Assembly (NCBI GenBank): GCA_964474085.1
Contig: CAYYRJ010000005.1
Location: 23,244-87,243, forward strand
DNA length: 64,000 bases
Source: an uncultured Planctomycetales bacterium
GTDB lineage: Bacteria; Omnitrophota; Gorgyraeia; Zapsychrales; JANLHA01
Direction: 5' to 3'
The notes under the pieces were generated by a model. That model did not search any database. It saw only the letters and a list, made by a program, of their open reading frames with translations, and was not told the origin of the DNA. The position numbers and the translations under genes are program-made. The first letter of the stretch is position 1. Each line of letters starts with the position of its first letter. Below, piece by piece: positions 57,011 to 64,000 of this stretch.

Positions 57011-57487
57011 ATGAGCCAACGTGAAAAATTTATAGGGATTATTTTATTGGCCCTTGCTGTTTTGTGTGTGGTTGTGTTTAGCTCGCGACATTTTCCCGTT
57101 TCAGTTCCCGACGGAAAAACAGTTCAAGAGATTAAGAATGGCGTTACTGCGACAAAAACGCCGGCGCAGGATTCCAAAGACGATTTTAAGCGAATGGTCG
57201 ACAAAGTTATGCTTCAAAATCAGCCTAAGCAAGCAAGCGAACCGGTCGACCCTTTTAGAAAATTTGAACTCCGGGATCTTATGGAGGGTAATATTTTAGA
57301 ATTCTCTGAGCTGAAATTAATTGGGATTGTGATGGATGAGGAAATCACAGCGGCCTTGATCAATGATGAAATTTTGTATGTTGGTGATGAGATATCCGGG
57401 TTTAAAGTCACAGAAATTCTTGCGAATGAAGTTTTTTTAACCCGGGGGCTTGAAAAATATACTTTGAAGCTATTTGAAGAACAGTGA
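57011..57487 (+). CDS. PilP/GspC-like pilus assembly lipoprotein-like protein
   Basis: N-terminal TM/signal; C-terminal beta domain (FKVTEILANEVFL) resembling PilP; position after pilO. Confidence 0.4.
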   Translation: MSQREKFIGIILLALAVLCVVVFSSRHFPVSVPDGKTVQEIKNGVTATKTPAQDSKDDFKRMVDKVMLQNQPKQASEPVDPFRKFELRDLMEGNILEFSELKLIGIVMDEEITAALINDEILYVGDEISGFKVTEILANEVFLTRGLEKYTLKLFEEQ

Positions 57488-57533
57488 CACAAAGAACGGA
57501 TGTTGCACAAATGTTCAAGGAGGTCGACGAGAA

Positions 57534-57911
57534 ATGTCCCCAATTAAGATTTTAGTGATCGAAGACGATCCGGTTATTATTCATATGAATGAAAGATTGT
57601 TAGGCGAGAAAGGATACCAGGTTATCACCGCCCGTGACGGCTTAGAGGGAATTGACCGAGCCTTGGATGAAAAACCGGATCTTATCCTTTTGGACATCAT
57701 CTTGCCTCGAATGCACGGGTTTGAGGTCTGCAAACTTTTAAAATTAAATCCTGCGACAGGACATATTCCTATCATTTATTTGACGGGGACCGGTTTAGAA
57801 GAGGTGGCTCAAAATGAACCCGAAATTAAAGCCCAGGGGTACATTGCCAAACCGTACGATATTAACGCACTAGATAATCTTATCCAAGAAGTCCTCAAGA
57901 AAAACCATTGA
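57534..57911 (+). CDS. single-domain response regulator (REC)
   Basis: ATG after AAGGAGG; KILVIEDDP...LILLDIILPRMHGF...AKP. Confidence 0.8.
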   Translation: MSPIKILVIEDDPVIIHMNERLLGEKGYQVITARDGLEGIDRALDEKPDLILLDIILPRMHGFEVCKLLKLNPATGHIPIIYLTGTGLEEVAQNEPEIKAQGYIAKPYDINALDNLIQEVLKKNH

Positions 57912-57935
57912 GGACTATATTAAGGAGATCCCGCC

Positions 57936-58505
57936 ATGGGACAACACGAAAAAGCGAGCAAGCGTCAATTAAAGATTCTTGTTATCGAGGATGATCCGAC
58001 GATCATTAAAATATATGAACGGATATTATCCAATGACGGCCATCGGGTTGTTAGCGCACTGACTGGAGCGCAGGCGGTCGCTAAACTTAAGGATGAATCT
58101 TTTGATTTGGTTTGTTTGGATTTAAAACTTCCGGATATGGACGGGATGGATTTATTAAAATTGATCAAAAGAAAAGTCGAGTGGATTCCGGTTATTATCG
58201 TGACCGCTAATCCTTCTTTGGAATCTTCCCTTGAGGCTTTAAATGCGGGAATTGTCACCGAATATATCACAAAACCGTTTGATACCAAGGAGCTTGTGAT
58301 AACTATTCGCCAGTCCGTCGAGAAAGCAAAACTTCTTTTAGATAATAAGAGATTATTAAAACGACTTGAAAATACAAACAAGGCCCTGACGGAGCGCGTT
58401 GAGCAGCTTGAAGAATTTGCGAAAGATTCTGTGAAGTTGCAGAGGCGGATCACAGAATTAAATGCGTATGTCGAGTCTTTGGGCAAAAAGTTTCCCGGCG
58501 CTTAA
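57936..58505 (+). CDS. response regulator: REC with C-terminal coiled-coil extension
   Basis: KILVIEDDP...LVCLDLKLPDMDG...TKP receiver, then about 60 aa of heptad-rich sequence. Confidence 0.75.
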   Translation: MGQHEKASKRQLKILVIEDDPTIIKIYERILSNDGHRVVSALTGAQAVAKLKDESFDLVCLDLKLPDMDGMDLLKLIKRKVEWIPVIIVTANPSLESSLEALNAGIVTEYITKPFDTKELVITIRQSVEKAKLLLDNKRLLKRLENTNKALTERVEQLEEFAKDSVKLQRRITELNAYVESLGKKFPGA

Positions 58506-58560
58506 GCTGGTGTCGTTTTGTTTATAAAAATGTTTTAGGATAATCACAAGGACGTTTAAG

Positions 58561-59325
58561 GTGAAAATAGGTTTATTTTCAGATATTCACAGTAATCGCG
58601 AAGCTTTCGAAAGCGTTTTAAGCGCTTTAAAACAGGCCAAGGTTGACCGGTATATTTTTTTGGGAGATCTTGTCGGCTATGGCGCCAGTCCACGTGAATG
58701 TATTGAAATGTTAAAAAGATTAATCGACGAGAAAGGGTGTTTATGCATCGCCGGAAACCATGATTATGCCGTTTGCGGGTTAACAGTGTATGAACATTAT
58801 GCTTTAAATGCCAAGACGTCGATTGAGTGGACAAAAAAGCAGCTTAACTCTCAGGAGTTAAAGTTTTTGGCGGATTTGCCCTTGGTGGGCGATTCACGTC
58901 ATTCTTTTGGGGGAGACGAATTTTTGGAACAATTTACGATCGTCCACGCGAATTTGTTATCGCCAAAAGATTGGCGGTATATCTGGGATATTGATGATGC
59001 TTTTGAGAGTTTTCAAATACTTCAACATCGGCTGTGTTTCGTCGGGCACTCGCATAAACCGCTTGTTTTTACGTGCGGATCGATTGTCGATTGGTTTATC
59101 CGCGACCAGATCCCTTTAAAGAAAGATTTGAAATATATTATAAATGTCGGCAGCGTCGGACAGCCCAGAGACGGTAATCCGAAAGCTTGCTATGCGATTT
59201 ATGATACCCAAACGGATCTTGTGACGATTGAACGTATCGATTATGATATTCCAACGGCCCAAGCTAAAATTATTTCTGCTGGCCTTCCCAAACTTCTTGC
59301 CGACCGTCTAGCGACGGGAAAGTGA
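58561..59325 (+). CDS. calcineurin-like metallophosphoesterase
   Basis: GTG start; SDIH, GDLVGYG, GNHD and GHSH motifs. Confidence 0.8.
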   Translation: MKIGLFSDIHSNREAFESVLSALKQAKVDRYIFLGDLVGYGASPRECIEMLKRLIDEKGCLCIAGNHDYAVCGLTVYEHYALNAKTSIEWTKKQLNSQELKFLADLPLVGDSRHSFGGDEFLEQFTIVHANLLSPKDWRYIWDIDDAFESFQILQHRLCFVGHSHKPLVFTCGSIVDWFIRDQIPLKKDLKYIINVGSVGQPRDGNPKACYAIYDTQTDLVTIERIDYDIPTAQAKIISAGLPKLLADRLATGK

Positions 59326-59452
59326 GTTGTTTACAAAAATCCTAAGATCGTGTTATAGTATCGCTTATATTTTGAATATTTTATTACGCGCAGTAGCCCC
59401 GCTTAAGGCTAAAGGCTAGCAGATTAAAATAGTGACAAGTATTGAATTTATT

Positions 59453-59526
59453 CGGGGAGTAGCGCAGCTGGCTAGCGCACTTGCTTTGGGAGCAAGGGGT
59501 CCCGGGTTCGAATCCCGGCTTCCCGA
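59453..59526 (+). tRNA. tRNA-Pro (anticodon UGG)
   Basis: Cloverleaf folded by hand: C1-G72 acceptor stem (typical of bacterial tRNA-Pro), D stem GCGC/GCGC, anticodon stem CTTGC/GCAAG with loop TTTGGGA, T arm CCGGG-TTCGAAT-CCCGG; no encoded CCA. Confidence 0.8.
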
Positions 59527-59637
59527 CTTTAATTTATATTTTTTGAAAGGGATTCGAAGCCGACCCGAGCGCCATTGGTACAAGCGAGGGCGGCCGGCTT
59601 CGGAGGAGCCCCGATGAATATCGGGGCGGGGGAGAAG

Positions 59638-59658
59638 GAATCCCGGCTTCCCGACTTT
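59638..59658 (+). repeat. 21-bp direct repeat of the tRNA-Pro 3' end (copy of 59510-59530)
   Basis: gaatcccggcttcccgacttt occurs exactly at both positions, 128 bp apart. Confidence 0.8.
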
Positions 59659-59674
59659 TATTTTTTTCTTTCCC

Positions 59675-61927
59675 ATGATTCCACGCGACCACACAAAACT
59701 GATCTGCGACATCGGCGAGTTAAGCGGTCTTTTTTCTGACACGCCCAGCCTAGACGGATTTCTTCAAAGAATCGTCGAAATGATCTCTTCTCACATGCGT
59801 TCGGAAGTCTGCTCGATCTACATCTATTATGAAAACACTAACCAGCTGGTTTTGCGCGCGACCAAGGGCTTAAAGCTCCAGGCTATCGGTAATGTCAAAA
59901 TGAAGTTGGGGGAGGGTTTGACAGGGATTGCGCTTAAAGAGTTGCGGCCGGTTTGCGAAAAAAATGCAAGTAAGACCCCCGGCTATCGGTATTTTCCGGA
60001 TATCGGCGAAGAGCAGTATGAATCTTTTTTGGCTGTTCCTATTCTCCGGGGAACGACGCGTATCGGTGTCGTTGTCATCCAAAATTCGCAAAAAAATTAT
60101 TTTTCAGAAGACGATATCAAAGTTTTTCGTGCGATTACCTCCCAGTTGGCCAACACGATCGAAACGGCCAAACTGCTCATCAGCTTTAACGAAAAGGCCA
60201 ATACACCCACCGACTTATCGACGGAAAAAGAGCTTAAATTCATCAAAGGCCGTGTGGGGTCAGAAGGCTTTGCGTTTGCGCCGGCAGTCGTTTATGAACA
60301 GTCTGCGATTTTTGTCCCGCCAAGCGAGGCAAATCCCAGACAGTTTTCGCTTGATGATTTTTACAGTGCTGTCGAAAAAACTGAGCAACAGCTTGAAGTC
60401 TTGCAGGCGCAGATTGAAGAAAAACTTTCGGACGTAGCGTCTTTGATTTTTACCGCTCAGATTTTGATGCTCAAAGACCAGGCTTTTTTGGATGCGATCA
60501 CCAAAGCGATTGCCCAAGGGGTTAATCCGCCGGATGCACTACGGCAGATTGTCACACAATATGCGCTGATGTTTGAAAAGCTGCCAAATCAATATTTGCG
60601 TGATAAAAAGCACGATGTGTTGGATATTGGTAATCGTCTTTTAGAAAATCTCGTCGGGGTCCTTGACGATGAACATGATCTTCATGGCAAAATCGTGATT
60701 TCTCGCCAGCTTTATCCGTCGGATATTTTGAAATTTTCTTCTTTAGGCGTTTGTGGCATTATCCTTTTAAGCGGCGGGGTCGCATCCCATTTGACTATTT
60801 TGGCGGTCTCGCTCGGTGTTCCGGTTGTTTTTTGCGAAGAGACAGCGCTTTTGAAAATATCGTCTGGTACAAAAGTTATTCTCGACGCAGATTTGGGGAA
60901 TATTTACGTCAAACCGACGCAGGAAGTCATCGAGACTTTTAAGAATAAAGAAAAGGACCGTCAGCTTGCCGCTGAGCTTAAAGCCCAGATTAAGGAAATA
61001 ACTTTAACGTCCGATGGCACTGCCGTCGAGCTAATGGCCAACATCAACCTTTTAGGCGATTTGAAAACGGCGCGGGAATACAAGGCCCAAGGCATTGGGC
61101 TGTATCGCACGGAGTTTCCTTTTATTGTCCGCAGTGATTTTCCGTCGGAAGAAGAGCAGTTTTTGGTTTACAAAAAGCTTGTTGACGGGATGCCGGGCAA
61201 GGAAATTACGTTTCGCACGCTCGATATTGGCGGCGACAAAGTCCTCTCCTATTATGACAACGGCAGCGAAGAAAACCCTTTTTTAGGGATGCGTTCGATT
61301 CGTTTTTCACTCAAGCACAAAGATGTTTTTGCCCAGCAGATTCGCGCGATTTTGCGCGCCGGGGTGGGGGCTAACATTCGGGTGATGTTTCCGATGATTT
61401 CTTCTTTGGACGAATTTTTGCAGGCCAAAGATTTTGTTTATCAGTGCGCTGATGAGCTAAAAAAAGAGGGCATCGAGAGCCTTGCCACTTTGCCGATCGG
61501 AATGATGGTTGAGCTTCCGTCGGTCATCGAAATTATCGACGAGCTTGCCGTGGCAGCGGATTTTTTTAGTATCGGAACCAATGATTTTATCCAGTATATG
61601 CTGGCCGTTGATCGAACCAATGAAAAAGTCGCGGACTTTTTTTTGCCGCATCATCCGGGGGTTTTGCGCGCTTTAGCCCGTGTAGCCCAGGCTGCTTTGC
61701 GGCATAAAAAGGACATTTCCGTCTGTGGTCTTATGTCGCATCAGGAAAAGTTTGTGCCCTATCTTTTAGGCATTGGGATACGCAAATTTAGCGTCGCCTC
61801 AAGATATCGTTACAGGATCCAAAAATCCGTCGAGGCCGTCGATATCGCTACAGCGCAAAAACACGCGCAAAATCTGCTTTCGCAAAAGCTCGTCGCTGAT
61901 ATCGAAACTTTGCTCAATAATCTGTGA
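59675..61927 (+). CDS. ptsP: phosphoenolpyruvate-protein phosphotransferase PtsP (Enzyme I-Ntr, GAF-EI)
   Basis: N-terminal GAF domain, PEP-utilizing His domain GGVASHLTILAVSLGVPVV, C-terminal PEP-binding TIM barrel (GTNDFIQY). Confidence 0.9.
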   Translation: MIPRDHTKLICDIGELSGLFSDTPSLDGFLQRIVEMISSHMRSEVCSIYIYYENTNQLVLRATKGLKLQAIGNVKMKLGEGLTGIALKELRPVCEKNASKTPGYRYFPDIGEEQYESFLAVPILRGTTRIGVVVIQNSQKNYFSEDDIKVFRAITSQLANTIETAKLLISFNEKANTPTDLSTEKELKFIKGRVGSEGFAFAPAVVYEQSAIFVPPSEANPRQFSLDDFYSAVEKTEQQLEVLQAQIEEKLSDVASLIFTAQILMLKDQAFLDAITKAIAQGVNPPDALRQIVTQYALMFEKLPNQYLRDKKHDVLDIGNRLLENLVGVLDDEHDLHGKIVISRQLYPSDILKFSSLGVCGIILLSGGVASHLTILAVSLGVPVVFCEETALLKISSGTKVILDADLGNIYVKPTQEVIETFKNKEKDRQLAAELKAQIKEITLTSDGTAVELMANINLLGDLKTAREYKAQGIGLYRTEFPFIVRSDFPSEEEQFLVYKKLVDGMPGKEITFRTLDIGGDKVLSYYDNGSEENPFLGMRSIRFSLKHKDVFAQQIRAILRAGVGANIRVMFPMISSLDEFLQAKDFVYQCADELKKEGIESLATLPIGMMVELPSVIEIIDELAVAADFFSIGTNDFIQYMLAVDRTNEKVADFFLPHHPGVLRALARVAQAALRHKKDISVCGLMSHQEKFVPYLLGIGIRKFSVASRYRYRIQKSVEAVDIATAQKHAQNLLSQKLVADIETLLNNL

Positions 61928-63687
61928 CAATGAACATTTCTGCTTTAATCAAACGGCGTCTTGAAAAAATCATTCGCTTTATTCTCATCGAAAATTTTTA
62001 TACGATTTTGGGCTTGCTTGTTCTGGCTGTCGCCGGCACGCTTGCTTATCGCAATGCGTTTGGCACGCCGTTTGTTTTTGATGATTTGACGCAAATTCTC
62101 CAAAATCCCAATATTCAATCGTGGGATTGGCCGTGGTCTTTTATTCAAAACAACCGGCGACCGTTTTTGTATTTAACGTTAGCGTTTAATTTCCGTTTTG
62201 ACGGTTTTAATCCGCAGGGTTATCACGTTTTTAATATCCGTGTGCATATTCTCTCGGCGATGATGCTGTTTTTGCTCCTGCGCCAAACGTTTAGCCTGCC
62301 GTCGGTAGGGCAATGGCTCAAAAAAGATGCACTTCTTTTGGCTTTGTCGTCGGCACTGTTTTGGCTTTTGCATCCGATCCATACGCAGGCTGTTACGTAT
62401 ATTATTCAGCGGGCCGAATCGCTTATGGGGCTGTTGTTTTTGACGACGTTGTATTGTGCTAGCCGATATTTGACGTCACGTCGGGCATTTTGGTTGATCG
62501 CCTCTGGGGTGATCGCACTTTTTTGCGGTTTGACTAAGGAGGTAGCACTTGTCCTGCCTGTGATGGTGCTTTTTTATGACCGGACTTTTTTTTCGGAAAG
62601 TTTTTTGTCGGCCATTAGACGCAACCGGTTTCTTTATGCCAGTTTATCTGTGATGTGGGTGGCCATGATTTTTTTGTATTTTACGACAAAGCCCGAAGAG
62701 AAACTGACAGCCGGTTTTGGCATGCAGGGGATGTCGCCGTTTTTGTATGCGGTCAATCAACCGGCGGTCATTTTGCATTATCTGCGTCTTATCCTTTGGC
62801 CGCATCCGCTTGTTTTTGATTACCAGTGGCCGCCAGAGGTTCAGCCGTATCTTTTGTTACCAAGCATCGCTGTCGTTGGTACGTGGATTGCGGTTTTTTT
62901 GGCATTGTATCGTTGGCATCGTTTTTTAAGTTTTTTATGTTTAAGTTTTTTTATTCTGCTTTTGCCGTCGTCGAGTATTATTCCGCTTAAAGATTTGATT
63001 TTTGAATATCGGCTGTATTTATCATTAACGTGTGCGGCGGTCTTAGGTGCAGTTAGTTTGAAGATTTTTGTAGAAAAGTTTGTGCATTCTAAAAGCCGAA
63101 AAGTTTTTTTTGTTGTTTGCGTGGCCCTTATGTCCGTGATTTTGGGCGGGTTAACGTATCAGCGCAATAAAGTTTATGTGTCCGAAGAAAGCCTTTGGAA
63201 AGATGTGATCAAAAAACAGCCAGCTAATGCCCGCGCGTACAATAATCTGGGGGAATATTGGCTGCGGCAAGGGCGTGATTCGTGGGCGAAGAGTTGCTTT
63301 TTAAAGTCGATTTCTTTGGACCAAAAGTATGCGGATGTTTTTGCGAATATGGCCACGGTTTTGGGCAAAGAGGGAAAAACACAAGAGGCGATCGAGTATG
63401 CAAGGGACGCGGTTCGTATCGACCCGGATTTTGCCGTCGGATACAATAATTTAGGTTCTGCGCTTTCGCAAATTGGGCGTTATGATCAGGCGGTGCCTTA
63501 TTTTGAAAAAGCGCTCGCTTTGGGGTTTGTCCGCGAAGGGGTTTTGATCAATTTGGCTGTGGCGCTTAATAATTCGGGAGACAGGCATGGGGCACTGAAG
63601 GTTTTAAAAGACGCTTTGCAATTAAGCCCTTCGTCGACCGAGATCCCAGCGCTTTTAAACGAGGTGTTGGGCAAAGCCGACAGGTAA
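61924..63687 (+). CDS. polytopic GT-C-like membrane protein with C-terminal TPR repeats (paralog of 24398..26077)
   Basis: N-terminal TPFVFDDLTQILQNP motif matching NPFVHDDIVFILQNP of the paralog; multiple TM helices; clear TPR repeats (AYNNLGEYW..., GYNNLGSAL...). Confidence 0.55.
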   Translation: MTMNISALIKRRLEKIIRFILIENFYTILGLLVLAVAGTLAYRNAFGTPFVFDDLTQILQNPNIQSWDWPWSFIQNNRRPFLYLTLAFNFRFDGFNPQGYHVFNIRVHILSAMMLFLLLRQTFSLPSVGQWLKKDALLLALSSALFWLLHPIHTQAVTYIIQRAESLMGLLFLTTLYCASRYLTSRRAFWLIASGVIALFCGLTKEVALVLPVMVLFYDRTFFSESFLSAIRRNRFLYASLSVMWVAMIFLYFTTKPEEKLTAGFGMQGMSPFLYAVNQPAVILHYLRLILWPHPLVFDYQWPPEVQPYLLLPSIAVVGTWIAVFLALYRWHRFLSFLCLSFFILLLPSSSIIPLKDLIFEYRLYLSLTCAAVLGAVSLKIFVEKFVHSKSRKVFFVVCVALMSVILGGLTYQRNKVYVSEESLWKDVIKKQPANARAYNNLGEYWLRQGRDSWAKSCFLKSISLDQKYADVFANMATVLGKEGKTQEAIEYARDAVRIDPDFAVGYNNLGSALSQIGRYDQAVPYFEKALALGFVREGVLINLAVALNNSGDRHGALKVLKDALQLSPSSTEIPALLNEVLGKADR

Positions 63688-63794
63688 TCGTTTCAAAAAT
63701 TTTAAAAAATATTTTTGTTTAATTTTTCTAAAAATCACTGGTATTTCAAGGAGTCCTGCATATAATTAACGAATGAAAGAGGAAAATATTTCCA

Positions 63795-64000
63795 TGGCTC
63801 AACAACTCAAGCGCCTTCTGTTTGTCAATGTCAATAAATACCAGCAACAAATCCTATTTCCTGCCCTTATTATTTGTTTAGTCGCTTGCATCGGTGTTTT
63901 TTATACACTTTACTATATCAATTACGTTGATAAAAATCTTGCTGTCGTCTGCCATATTGACGTGATGCAATTGTCTAAAGATATTCCGTGGTTTATGCAG
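63795..64000 (+). CDS. hypothetical membrane protein (5' fragment, runs off the window end)
   Basis: ATG at 63795 with AAGAGG upstream; open to the window end; hydrophobic helix. Confidence 0.25.

Noticed and set aside
59416-59742. 108-aa minus-strand ORF and 61-aa plus-strand ORF (59432-59617) overlapping tRNA-Pro
   Set aside because: They overlap a well-folded tRNA and its duplicated 3' segment, lack an RBS, and have low-complexity composition.

Overview
64 kb of bacterial chromosome, roughly mid-40s %GC, coding almost entirely on the + strand with few strand switches; it looks like an uncultivated lineage. Housekeeping genes I recognise with confidence: ppiC, gap, murI, a complete queD-queC-queE-queF preQ1 operon, rph-rdgB, ychF, dCMP deaminase, dinB, rmuC, pgeF, cutA, ptsP (EI-Ntr), an ABC-F ATPase, three SpoU/TrmH methyltransferase paralogs and tRNA-Pro(UGG). 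On top of that sit four accessory themes. (1) A surface-glycan or protein-glycosylation gene set: a WbpB-like oxidoreductase, a WbpD-like acetyltransferase, a Dpm1-like GT2, two paralogous polytopic GT-C-like membrane proteins with C-terminal TPR repeats, and a further polytopic membrane protein. (2) A long hybrid T2SS/T4P-like locus: gspE/pilB, gspF/pilC, four prepilin-type pseudopilins, a GspK-like protein, then pilMNOP-like genes, with a Hanks Ser/Thr kinase and an FHA-GAF histidine kinase inserted in the middle. No secretin or prepilin peptidase is in the window. (3) An unusually high density of receiver (REC) proteins (at least 9), mostly single-domain; one has a reversed HTH-REC architecture and one is REC plus pseudo-receiver. 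There is also a PAS-rich hybrid kinase with an Hpt partner. (4) Several families of structured intergenic repeats. One is a three-copy family with a conserved core and covarying stems. One is a 181-nt permuted inverted repeat between queF and rph. The rest are IPAKAGI/SRESGNP-type palindromic units that generate spurious ORFs. Other points of note: tandem GalT-like (HIT superfamily) paralogs in which the upstream copy has the nucleophilic His replaced by Arg, a lower-GC islet carrying a transglutaminase-like cysteine peptidase, and a 21-bp duplication of the tRNA-Pro 3' end 128 bp downstream. No CRISPR array, rRNA, integrase or transposase was found.
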